A stretch of DNA of 64,000 nucleotides from a virus (IMGVR_UViG_3300037312_000330:64001-128000), one strand, 5' to 3'; positions 25,899 through 34,727 are shown, numbered from the stretch's first letter. Numbers and translations: made by a program. The notes: generated from the letters alone by a model not told the origin.

Positions 25899-26243
25899 AG
25901 TACAGCACAAGTTACGGAACCGCTTACTACAGTGGTGAAGTAGTTGAAATGCTCGCTGTCATGAACAGCAAACGACGTCACAGGATTTGGTTGCCGCCTT
26001 CGTGCTCGCGACCTACGTGCAGTGCTCGATATCGGGCCTTGATCTTCATGGTCAGCATAGATGCCGAGTCCAAAGTAACCTAGGTGAAACGGACACGCCG
26101 GAGCGAGTGGTTCGAATCCACAAAGTTCCTCCTTTGCTCGTGTCAGATCAAGATGACGATCTTGTTACTGGCGAGATGACCTCGCGGAATAGACGTGATA
26201 GCCAACCGAGTTGGTGACTTCCGGGAAAGACCGGACCAAACAT

Positions 26244-26347
26244 GGACCATTAGCGCAGTTGGTTAGCGCACGAACATGAAACGAGAGTACAGACCCTGCA
26301 AGCATCCTTTCAAGGGGTCACGGGTTCGAGTCCCGTATGGTCCGCCA
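26244..26347 (+). ncRNA. Asp-like tRNA body with the anticodon arm replaced by a 44-nt segment (pseudo-tRNA or tRNA mimic)
   Basis: Perfect acceptor GGACCAT/ATGGTCC, G73, CCA, intact D and T arms; 26271-26314 has no GTC anticodon or canonical stem. Confidence 0.75.
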
Positions 26348-26355
26348 GTTGTTGT

Positions 26356-26431
26356 TCCGTGGTAGCTCAGTAGGTAGAGCAAAGCACTGTTAATGCTTGG
26401 GTCGCTGGTTCGAGACCAGCCCACGGAGCCA
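26356..26431 (+). tRNA. trnN: tRNA-Asn (GTT)
   Basis: Cloverleaf, loop CTGTTAA, G73, CCA. Confidence 0.95.
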
Positions 26432-26458
26432 TACTCAGTAAGCGCATTCGAGGTTTGT

Positions 26459-27091
26459 ATGGACTTCAGTGTGGAGACAGCAACTGGAAAGAGGACGATC
26501 AGTATCGTTCTTCCAGACAGGCCGTATGGAGTTTTGGTGTCAGGTGGCTTGGATAGCTCGGTGCTACTATCGCTAATCCTGATGACTCGTGCCAAAGAGA
26601 ACAGCACAGTTCCATTCACTGCCTTTAACATAAAGCGTGGTGTAGGAACAGAGCTTTTCTCTGAGAAGATGATGTGGTGGACAAGTGTCTACTTCAAGCA
26701 GGAATTCCCATTCCAACATTTGGAACTTCCTCCAGATACTCCACATTACGACTGTCTACGCATTCCTGGTGTATCACTTTTGAACGGTGGAAAAGTAGCC
26801 TGTCTGTTCTCAGCCGATACTTCTAACCCTCCAGGGTTTGTCCATCATCAAGCTCCAGAACGAACCCCTGTTGAGAAGCAGTTCAGCTTCCCACGGTGGC
26901 GTCTTCCGTTTCTGCACTGTGACAAGAGCCACATCGTACAATTGATGTACGACTTGAGACTCACGTTTATAGAACATCTGTCGCACACTTGCTTTGCGCA
27001 GAACATCTATAGATGTGGCAAGTGTTTCCAGTGCATGGAACGTGCGTGGGCATACAGCACTACTGGAAACTTGGACAGCGGAATACATTGA
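26459..27091 (+). CDS. QueC-like PP-loop ATP pyrophosphatase
   Basis: VLVSGGLDS PP-loop and C-terminal HTCF..RCGKCFQCMER zinc motif. Confidence 0.7.
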   Translation: MDFSVETATGKRTISIVLPDRPYGVLVSGGLDSSVLLSLILMTRAKENSTVPFTAFNIKRGVGTELFSEKMMWWTSVYFKQEFPFQHLELPPDTPHYDCLRIPGVSLLNGGKVACLFSADTSNPPGFVHHQAPERTPVEKQFSFPRWRLPFLHCDKSHIVQLMYDLRLTFIEHLSHTCFAQNIYRCGKCFQCMERAWAYSTTGNLDSGIH

Positions 27092-27101
27092 ACACACACA
27101 C

Positions 27102-27280
27102 AGAGCCCTCACTGGAGCGGCCTGCATCTGAACCGGAGCATATGCCACTGCGGCGAATCGGCTCCAACGTCTCTGAAATACGATAGTGCCTACGGCAGCT
27201 TCCTAGTCACTCCCTCGTGTGTATAGATCCCGGAACAGGGTGGGGCGGAGTAGGATACAGGCCAATCCAGTGAGGGCTTT
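27102..27280 (+). ncRNA. Unassigned ~180-nt structured RNA
   Basis: 15-bp closing stem AGAGCCCTCACTGGA/TCCAGTGAGGGCTTT, inner stems GGCCTG/CAGGCC, GGAGC/GCTCC and TCCTA/TAGGA. Confidence 0.5.
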
Positions 27281-27307
27281 GACGCATCTAAATCTAAATC
27301 TGAAATA

Positions 27308-28618
27308 ATGACGCTCAACGATCTTACTAGCAACGCACACTTTGTGGCGCTAGCCGGGCTTGGTGCTGTCGCAGCCGCTGGCTGGCGTCAAGTCCGCTCC
27401 TTCTTTTCCTACATCTACGGCTTCCTCGTAGTCGAAGTCACTGTAGACAGTGGCATCAACTATCTCACTGTGCGGTATTTGAGATCAGGTCCGTGGTATA
27501 TCGTCCCAACCGGGAAGTATTGGATAGCCATCCTACGATTACCACACCAGGAACTGCGCATGAACGTAAACGTGCCGTTCAAGGTTCCTGACACTCACTT
27601 CACTTGCATACGTGGCAAGGACATCCTGTTTGTTAGGGCTAACCAGCACACGCCATTGCGAATCACCACATTCCGATGGACAAACGTGGAGCGCATCTTA
27701 CAGGAAGCCATCCTACTTAACAGACAGCGTGAGATAGATGCCCAGAAGGCTAGTTCCAACTCACGCTTCATGGTACATGAAGTAGTTGGCAGGGACAAGT
27801 CACTGTCTGTAGAAAGCTTGAGGGAAACCCTAGGCGGGGAACCTCCGGTTTCTCGTAATAGTCAGGACGGTAGCTCCTCCAATGACATGCCTTGGGTGTT
27901 CATGGACCTGGATCGTAGCTTCATGTACGACCAGAAGGAATACACGGAAACACCGGAATCCTACGCTGACGGCACTGCGTTCCTGCCAGACGATGCACGT
28001 TCCCTGTTGGAAGAAACTGAAAAGTGGTTCAAGAATCGGGAGTGGTTCAAGCAACGTGCCATCCCACACCGACGCGGCATCCTGCTGCATGGTCCTGGTG
28101 GGACGGGTAAGTCAACCCTTGCCTTGATCCTGGCCCGACGCTTAGCTATCCCAATTTACCGATTCCACCTGAACACGCTTTCGGACACTGAGTTCATGGA
28201 TAGGGTGAACAATCTGGACAACCCATGCACCGTCCTGTTCGAGGATTTCGATCGAGTGTTCGACGGTCGCACTAGTGTCAAGAATCAGCACCTGTCCTTC
28301 GATACCGTCATCAATGCGATGAGCGGGGTGAAAACTTTAGAAGGAATCGTGTGGATCATCACTACAAATAATGTAGCAGCCATCGATCCTGCAGTTGGAA
28401 TCCACGTAGAAGGCACTGGCATGTCCAGCAGACCGGGTCGCATCGACCGAGTTCTCTACATGGGATCGTTGCCAGAACTACAGCGCCACCTTTTGATCGA
28501 GCGCACTTTGGGTGACTGGCCCGATTTGGTCCAAAGCGCCAAAGTGGAAACCGACAACTTTACCATCGTCCAGACACAGGAGTACTGTGTGCAACAAGCT
28601 CTCCGGCGGATCCACTAG
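27308..28618 (+). CDS. BCS1-like membrane-anchored AAA+ ATPase
   Basis: N-terminal TM, WFKQRAIPHRRGILLHGPGGTGKS, VLFEDFD, IITTN, RPGRID. Confidence 0.85.
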   Translation: MTLNDLTSNAHFVALAGLGAVAAAGWRQVRSFFSYIYGFLVVEVTVDSGINYLTVRYLRSGPWYIVPTGKYWIAILRLPHQELRMNVNVPFKVPDTHFTCIRGKDILFVRANQHTPLRITTFRWTNVERILQEAILLNRQREIDAQKASSNSRFMVHEVVGRDKSLSVESLRETLGGEPPVSRNSQDGSSSNDMPWVFMDLDRSFMYDQKEYTETPESYADGTAFLPDDARSLLEETEKWFKNREWFKQRAIPHRRGILLHGPGGTGKSTLALILARRLAIPIYRFHLNTLSDTEFMDRVNNLDNPCTVLFEDFDRVFDGRTSVKNQHLSFDTVINAMSGVKTLEGIVWIITTNNVAAIDPAVGIHVEGTGMSSRPGRIDRVLYMGSLPELQRHLLIERTLGDWPDLVQSAKVETDNFTIVQTQEYCVQQALRRIH

Positions 28619-28781
28619 CCACAGGGGTTCGCGAACAATCTGCTCATCCCTCCTCGGGGACTTCGCCCGTGCTGTCCATGTGATGGCACGGGCTTTTTTA
28701 CGTCCAAAACAGAGCCCTCTTGTGGGACGCCCTACGAGGTCCGCGGAGGCGATTTTGGACCCCTACCGTGGGAGTGAAATC

Positions 28782-28857
28782 TGCTTAATTTTTAAGCGAT
28801 ATGTTGCCTATTTTTTAAGCAGATTTCCTTGCTCCGAAAACCCCTCCATGGTACAAT
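28782..28857 (+). promoter_or_regulatory. Early-type sigma70 promoter with tandem palindromic operator-like sites (copy 1)
   Basis: TGCTTAATTTTTAAGCG and TGCCTATTTTTTAAGCA, then TTGCTC-17-TACAAT with extended TG. Confidence 0.7.
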
Positions 28858-28976
28858 GGGGCAACGGCGGGGCATACTCTGAAACCCACCCGGCCAACCG
28901 GCCTGCCGTTAACGCCCCAGCACACACCATGCGCTGGAAAACTTTGAGCAATCTTCCAACGTGCAAGGAGCACACC

Positions 28977-29297
28977 ATGTCCAAGAAGCAAGAAGTCGCC
29001 ACTTCCGAAGCCGCCGCGAACACCAAGATCGTGAAGCGCACCAAGAACCTGATGAAGCTCGACGTCTCGCGCGTGAAGGTCGCCGGCGAGCTGCGCAAGA
29101 TCCGCTTCGTCGCCAAGAACAAGCACGGTGGCGTCGTCATCGCACGCACGCGCGGTCTGCCCCCGATGCGTATCCGTTGCGTGATGCTCAGGCATCGTGA
29201 CGAGTTCTGGGTCACCATCCGCGGCAACGAAGGCGCAGCCATCGCCACCACGCCGGACAAGGCGTTCGCTCGCGGTGTCAAGGCGTTCTGGTCCTGA
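28977..29297 (+). CDS. Basic hypothetical protein
   Basis: AAGGAG SD; first gene after the promoter. Confidence 0.75.
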   Translation: MSKKQEVATSEAAANTKIVKRTKNLMKLDVSRVKVAGELRKIRFVAKNKHGGVVIARTRGLPPMRIRCVMLRHRDEFWVTIRGNEGAAIATTPDKAFARGVKAFWS

Positions 29298-29299
29298 GC

Positions 29300-29497
29300 A
29301 TGGACGGTCAACAACTTGCCGCGATCCACGAACGGTTCGTGGATCTGATCAAGCACCTGCCGCCCGCGTTCCAGGACACTGCACGGCAGAAGTTCCTGAC
29401 CTTGGTCGATCACTTGAACCCAAGTTCGGAAAACTTGGTGGAACTCTTCGAGCTGATCGGCCTCGTGCACTTTGCCGGTCGTACACAGGATCGGTGA
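29300..29497 (+). CDS. Hypothetical protein
   Basis: Packed ORF. Confidence 0.6.
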   Translation: MDGQQLAAIHERFVDLIKHLPPAFQDTARQKFLTLVDHLNPSSENLVELFELIGLVHFAGRTQDR

Positions 29498-29578
29498 CTC
29501 GGCATCTCGCAAGCGTCGCGTGCGGCGTTTGCAGATACCATGTCGGTATCGTTTCCAATTTCAACGAAAGGGTACATC

Positions 29579-29761
29579 ATGAAGAACCACTTCACTCTGT
29601 CCATCGTGGTTGCCGTCGCTGTGCTGTTCGTCGCCGCGTGCGCGCAGCATGTCGCTCCTGTCAACACGTCGTCCACCGCTGTCAACGGCGCGGCACCGTC
29701 CCTGAAGTGGGATGGCAAGTCCCCCAACCTGGATCCGTCCTGCCAAGGGTTCGGTTGCTGA
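29579..29761 (+). CDS. Small lipoprotein
   Basis: MKNHFTLSIVVAVAVLFVAA-C lipobox-like signal. Confidence 0.65.
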   Translation: MKNHFTLSIVVAVAVLFVAACAQHVAPVNTSSTAVNGAAPSLKWDGKSPNLDPSCQGFGC

Positions 29762-29886
29762 GATACAGCACTGGATGACTCGACATCCAGCAAGGTTATT
29801 CTGGGAGTAACCTTGCGGATGCAATGTCGCATCAACGCCACGTTCCGCGCACTTTGCGCATCTTGTCAAACTTGAAAGGAAACATC

Positions 29887-30519
29887 ATGGCTGCTGCCAA
29901 GAAAACCGCTGCGAAGAAGACCACTGCTCGTCCGTCCCCCAAGAAAGCCAGCAAGAAGGTCCCTGCCAAGAAGCCGACAGCCAAGAAGACTTCGAAGAAG
30001 TCCGGCGAAGCCGAAGACAGAGACGAAGAAGAGCTCGAGTGGATGGAGGTCAAGAAGTCCGCCAAGAAAGCTGGCAAGAAGTTCGCAAAGCTGGACCTGA
30101 ACCCGATCAAGATCGCCGCCAAAGTGGTCGGTAAGGGCAAGAAGGCGCACAAGGTCAAGGCCAAGAAGCTGAGTGCGTCGCAGGTGCTGAACCATGTCGT
30201 GGAACAGTGCGAGTTGCCGCGCAAGGATGTGCGTCTGGTTCTCGAGACGCTCGCCAACACGATCAAGGCTGCAATCATGCCCGGCGCAGTCGGCGGTGCC
30301 GTGATCCCCGGAGTCGGCGCCATCGTCCGCAAGGAAATCCCGGCCAAGAAGCTGCCCGCCATCGCTCGTGGCACCGTGGTCGAGAAGCGCAACCCGCGCA
30401 CCGGCGAAGTGACGAAAGTCAAGCATCCGGGACGCAAGGCCTCGGTCAAGCCCGCCAGCTCCAAGGCGCGTGCCGTGCTCCTGTCGTCCACGCGTCGCGC
30501 CGTCTTCGGTACCGTGTGA
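29887..30519 (+). CDS. HU/IHF-family DNA-binding protein with a Lys/Ala-rich N-terminal extension
   Basis: LSASQVLNHVVEQCELPRKDVRLVLE..IPGVG..RNPRTGE..KAR. Confidence 0.8.
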   Translation: MAAAKKTAAKKTTARPSPKKASKKVPAKKPTAKKTSKKSGEAEDRDEEELEWMEVKKSAKKAGKKFAKLDLNPIKIAAKVVGKGKKAHKVKAKKLSASQVLNHVVEQCELPRKDVRLVLETLANTIKAAIMPGAVGGAVIPGVGAIVRKEIPAKKLPAIARGTVVEKRNPRTGEVTKVKHPGRKASVKPASSKARAVLLSSTRRAVFGTV

Positions 30520-30716
30520 TGCATCGCGTCCAAGCCAACATCAATGGTCAGTGGCGGACTTACGTATGCGAGTCCCTCGCTGACCTCGAATCCCTGCAAG
30601 CTGTCTTCGCCAAGCAGGGCATCGAGTACAGGTACGTCTGGTAGTCGTCTGGCCCCTCTTGGGGCCGATGGCACATGAGGACTCATTTCCTCACCAATAA
30701 CCATCCGGAGGCAACC

Positions 30717-30953
30717 ATGCCCGCAGCGCAGAAAGTCACCCCCATCAAGGGGTCCTCTTCCAAGGCCAAGTCCGCCGTCAAGCACGACGAGAATCGCATC
30801 GTCGTGATGAAGCACGTGAAGTCCACCAAAGGGACGCACGTTTACGCGGCCGACGAAGATACCGCAGACGTCGTCTGCACGACGGTGTACCTGAAGAAAG
30901 ATGCCTTGCCGGAAGATCCGCCCAGGGTGATCCAACTGACGGTGTCATTCTAA
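30717..30953 (+). CDS. Hypothetical protein
   Basis: GGAGG SD. Confidence 0.7.
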   Translation: MPAAQKVTPIKGSSSKAKSAVKHDENRIVVMKHVKSTKGTHVYAADEDTADVVCTTVYLKKDALPEDPPRVIQLTVSF

Positions 30954-30954
30954 C

Positions 30955-31218
30955 ATGCTGTTTGAACAACAACCGATCACTGCCACAGCGTTCGAGGACC
31001 AAGTCATTGCGCTGTTCGGCTTCGACCACTTGGTGATGTCCAAGACGTCTGAGGATCCGCGCACGTTTCCCGGTGACAAGCGGATTCCGCTCCGCCTGTA
31101 TTACGTGAAGACGTCTACCGGCAATGAACACGTTGCCACGTGGAACGGTAAGACGCGTCGCGGCTGGGTGTTCGACACCGCCGACGGCATCCTCGACAGC
31201 ATCAGCACGCTCGTCTGA
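30955..31218 (+). CDS. Hypothetical protein
   Basis: Packed ORF. Confidence 0.65.
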   Translation: MLFEQQPITATAFEDQVIALFGFDHLVMSKTSEDPRTFPGDKRIPLRLYYVKTSTGNEHVATWNGKTRRGWVFDTADGILDSISTLV

Positions 31219-31276
31219 ATGCCCATGGCAGACCGGAGCCGCAATCCGGGTGATTGAACGAAGCTAAGGAACTAAC

Positions 31277-31600
31277 GTGAAGACCAATGTCAAGAAGATG
31301 GTGAATGCGCACGTGGAGTGGCCCGGCGGCGATGTGATCTACGTCGAATCCGTGACCGTACGCCACACCGGATACGATGTGGTGATGCGCAATTCCCTAA
31401 TCTCGCTGGAAAGCGAACTCAAGGGGGAGGGCATGCGCACGTTCGGCAGGATCGTGCAGACTGTCCGCGTCATGGGAATCTCGGACTTCACGCACAACGG
31501 CGCCTCGCTCTTCTACGAGGCGATTGAGCGTGAGCGCTTGAAGTCCGAACGCGCTGCCATTCAATCCGGCCGTGCGGTGCAAGGTGCATGGTTGCGCTGA
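31277..31600 (+). CDS. Hypothetical protein
   Basis: AAGGA SD with GTG start. Confidence 0.65.
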   Translation: MKTNVKKMVNAHVEWPGGDVIYVESVTVRHTGYDVVMRNSLISLESELKGEGMRTFGRIVQTVRVMGISDFTHNGASLFYEAIERERLKSERAAIQSGRAVQGAWLR

Positions 31601-31763
31601 ATGGTTACGCTGACGATTGATCGGTACGCGAAGCCAAGTTGCCCATGGACTTCACCATCGGCACGCAACCTGTCGAACAGCGCAAGAAGCGCCGCTGATC
31701 TACAGAGGCTATCGTCCAAGTGCCTCCACCAAAACTTGGCGCGTAAAGAAGGAGAAACGTGAA

Positions 31764-32168
31764 ATGGAAACTCTGAACACCCTGTTCATCCCGGCTATGC
31801 TGGAAAATGTCGAGCATGGTGCTGTCGTCGGTCACCTCATCGTTCCCGAAGGAATGGTCAAACGTGAGACCTACGAAGTCGCTGCATGGTTCCGTGACCA
31901 TGCGCTGATTCCTGGAACGTACGAGGTCCGGTACGAACGGTACGACGGTTATCCGTATCACTATCTGCGTACTGAAGTGCCGTCGCGTATCAAGGCCGCA
32001 TGTCTCGTCCCCTGCTTCGGTGGTGTCCAGTACGGACCGGACACGGCTGCCGAACGTGAAGTTGGCAAGAACAGTTCCTACACGATGGGCCGTTCGCTCG
32101 GCTACAAGTTGTCCACGGTGGACCGTGGTGTCAGCCTCGAAGGCTGTGAGTTCGTTCCCAGCGTCTAA
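31764..32168 (+). CDS. Hypothetical protein
   Basis: AAGGAG SD within track ORF 31617..32168. Confidence 0.7.
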   Translation: METLNTLFIPAMLENVEHGAVVGHLIVPEGMVKRETYEVAAWFRDHALIPGTYEVRYERYDGYPYHYLRTEVPSRIKAACLVPCFGGVQYGPDTAAEREVGKNSSYTMGRSLGYKLSTVDRGVSLEGCEFVPSV

Positions 32169-32178
32169 GGGGAGTGCG

Positions 32179-32481
32179 ATGACCATCAAGAACTGCTCTG
32201 CAGCACTTACTGTCATCGCACGCTTCGAAGTGGGCGAGATGATCGCCCACGCCGATGTACGTGCGTTCGGGGCACCCAGCGAATGTCACGCGCTCGTGAA
32301 TCGTGGTTTACCCAAGCGGGCACGCACGATGAGGCGTCAAGTGCATGGTCTTACGCAACTGCCGTGGTTGGTGTTCCTCCGACGTCTAGGCAAGGAACAC
32401 AATCTGTACCTCGACAGCCAGGACCACAAATGGGCGCGTGTTGTGAGCGAAACTGCCAACCGTTCTGGCTATCCTCTATAG
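32179..32481 (+). CDS. Hypothetical protein
   Basis: GGAG SD within track ORF 32020..32481. Confidence 0.55.
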   Translation: MTIKNCSAALTVIARFEVGEMIAHADVRAFGAPSECHALVNRGLPKRARTMRRQVHGLTQLPWLVFLRRLGKEHNLYLDSQDHKWARVVSETANRSGYPL

Positions 32482-32486
32482 GTGGA

Positions 32487-32969
32487 ATGATGGACCTCGA
32501 TTCTCTGGCACAAGATCTGTGGGCTATCACGGCCAAGACCTTGCGTATCCACGGTGAGATCAGCAATCCAATCATCGTCTTCTTCGACACCAAGTTGAAG
32601 ACGCTGCAGATGATAGAAGCCCCCGAACGCCGTGACCTAACGCGCTTGATCGTCAAAGAGTTGATCGCAAAGTTCAACTACGATGTCGTCGCAATGATAT
32701 CGGAAGCGTTCTACCGTCAACTGCCAGAGGGTATGCAAGCTTCCGAAGTTGATGTGTTCCTGAATTCTGGCGGACGGGAGCAGATCAAGCCCCTCGATGT
32801 TGCTGTCATTCGAATCATTACGATAACTGAGCAGCGCACGCAGGTCAAACGTGTAGTGCGTGATGGCAAAGGTCGTGCAAAGTTGCACGATCTCGAGAAT
32901 CCTTTCGATGGAAGTGTCTTCTATGACGCGAACCTCGAAGGAGTGTTCGACACCACCAAACCTCACTAA
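32487..32969 (+). CDS. Hypothetical protein
   Basis: Start within track ORF 32283..32969. Confidence 0.7.
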   Translation: MMDLDSLAQDLWAITAKTLRIHGEISNPIIVFFDTKLKTLQMIEAPERRDLTRLIVKELIAKFNYDVVAMISEAFYRQLPEGMQASEVDVFLNSGGREQIKPLDVAVIRIITITEQRTQVKRVVRDGKGRAKLHDLENPFDGSVFYDANLEGVFDTTKPH

Positions 32970-33020
32970 TGGTGTGTCGCTTTCAACAACCCGATGCCTT
33001 GATGGCAAGGAGGTGAGATC

Positions 33021-33509
33021 ATGAGTGCAATCCTTAGCAAAGAAGAAGGCAAGTGCAAGTGGTTCTCGCTATGCGATAATGAAGCAATAACCGAGCTGCC
33101 GCATCCAGTGCTCGGTCTGGTCCCGATCTGTGATCGCTGCCTTGCCAAGACCATGTCGATGACCGAATGGCTCGACTACGAGGGTCCCTTCACAGCACCT
33201 ATGATCCTCTACAAGTTGGTGGCGGATCACAACGTGGGCGTCGATGACCTCCATCAAGCCAAGGAGCCGTTCCACGCTGGCGAACTGTGGAACCTTGACA
33301 TGGGCGAACTCCTCGCTATCCAAGGCGTTTGGAAAGAAGTGAAACTCGATGATCCGCGTGCGCCTGATTGGCGTGCATTGAATATCAGCGACCACATCCT
33401 CAACAACAAGAACGGTGTACGCTACATCGACGACTACATGGTCATCCAAGGCGACGACGGTGACGCAACGGTGTTCTGGGTCTTCAAGAAGGAGGTTAAG
33501 AAAGTCTAA
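33021..33509 (+). CDS. Hypothetical protein with an N-terminal Cys cluster
   Basis: AGGAGG SD; C..C...PICDRC. Confidence 0.75.
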   Translation: MSAILSKEEGKCKWFSLCDNEAITELPHPVLGLVPICDRCLAKTMSMTEWLDYEGPFTAPMILYKLVADHNVGVDDLHQAKEPFHAGELWNLDMGELLAIQGVWKEVKLDDPRAPDWRALNISDHILNNKNGVRYIDDYMVIQGDDGDATVFWVFKKEVKKV

Positions 33510-33548
33510 GTTACGCTGGAGTTTTCCACAATCTGTTAGGAGGTTTCC

Positions 33549-33818
33549 ATGGCAAATGCCAAGAAACGTGTCCGTATCCCCGTGCGTGTCGTCGTCCCAA
33601 ATGTGCGTATCGCAAAGGGAATGGTGCAGAAAGTCATCTTCCTGCACAAGAAGGCTAAACATCGCTTCGTTGCCAAGACCCGCGGCTGTCCACCGATCCG
33701 CGTGGAGTTCCACGAAGACGACAGGAAGTTCCACGCCGGCCTCGGCGCTGTGGACGTCAAGGACAAGATGGCAAAGCGTGCCTTCGCAAAAGCAGTCCGC
33801 CACTTGTGGGCGGTCTGA
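33549..33818 (+). CDS. Basic hypothetical protein
   Basis: AGGAGG SD. Confidence 0.75.
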   Translation: MANAKKRVRIPVRVVVPNVRIAKGMVQKVIFLHKKAKHRFVAKTRGCPPIRVEFHEDDRKFHAGLGAVDVKDKMAKRAFAKAVRHLWAV

Positions 33819-34015
33819 CATCTGAGATCTGTCAGATTACAGTCCGTCGGCCAGCGAGTCTGGCCTTCGGAGTGTGATTTGCTAGTCCGTTTTCGGTATG
33901 CTGACTTCCACCGACCTACGGTCTCCTGGCGGTGAAGCTTATCAGCAGATACCCCGAGCCGAAGGGAGGGACTAGCTCTTTTCTGTGTGTTGGACTTAAC
34001 GTAGAGGAGAACGTA

Positions 34016-34258
34016 ATGGCAATGCGTGAAGGTGTCGAGATCAAGCATATCTCGTGGTTCGTGTGGGGAGCATTGGCTGAATGGGCCAAGAATGTCGAAA
34101 TCGAACTCCGACAAGAATTCGTCGATTCAACGACGGCCATCGTCCTGGCCTATGTGCGCGGCGAACGCCTTTACCTGGACGGCAGCCTGCACGACATGCA
34201 GTGCGTGATCGCCAGCGAAGCGAAGAAGCTCTTCTCGATAGGAGGCCTCCGTGGCTAA
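34016..34258 (+). CDS. Hypothetical protein
   Basis: GAGGAG SD. Confidence 0.65.
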   Translation: MAMREGVEIKHISWFVWGALAEWAKNVEIELRQEFVDSTTAIVLAYVRGERLYLDGSLHDMQCVIASEAKKLFSIGGLRG

Positions 34259-34721
34259 GAAGGAACAAAATGTCGGACCGCGCACCGAACCTGCGCGCCG
34301 TGCCGCTATCTTGATGAACCGCATCAAGCATCGCCCCAAGTCGATCCCGATCCAGACCGAGAACGAAGTCGTGATCCAAGTGCGCGGCGACTTTGATCTT
34401 TTGGTCAAGAAGCTGCGCAAAGTCTTCAAGTCCAAAGGTAAGGACACCAGCCTCGGTGGTTTGCGAGAACACGACTGGAAACTCAAGGGATTGGGCTTCA
34501 TGCATGTCTACTGGCGGGAGGGCAATGCATTCAACAGTGTTCGTTTCATCAACGTGCCCGGTTTGGGCATCAAGGAGGAACCAGAAGAAACTAGCGACCC
34601 AACTTTGGACATCATCGCAACGGAAGCCAAGAACGCCGCGAAGGAGGGTCTTAAGAAAACTTTCGAAATACTTGGTATACAACCTGACGAGGAGGACCTC
34701 GATGCAGTTATTCTGGAATAG
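34251..34721 (+). CDS. Hypothetical protein
   Basis: GGAGG SD, GTG start. Confidence 0.7.
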   Translation: MAKKEQNVGPRTEPARRAAILMNRIKHRPKSIPIQTENEVVIQVRGDFDLLVKKLRKVFKSKGKDTSLGGLREHDWKLKGLGFMHVYWREGNAFNSVRFINVPGLGIKEEPEETSDPTLDIIATEAKNAAKEGLKKTFEILGIQPDEEDLDAVILE

Positions 34722-34727
34722 AAGGAG

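Noticed and set aside
22526-26431. Stop-codon reassignment or theta-ribozyme-linked suppressor tRNAs
   Set aside because: No CTA, TCA-suppressor or TTA anticodon; genes read fully in code 11; no HDV-like fold recognised directly 3' of the tRNAs by eye
29832-30935. 367-aa minus-strand ORF (also 1353..2072, 19211..20032, 39653..40657, 47441..48379 and 53270..54244)
   Set aside because: Antisense shadows of well-supported + strand genes; long stop-free reverse frames are expected with this codon bias
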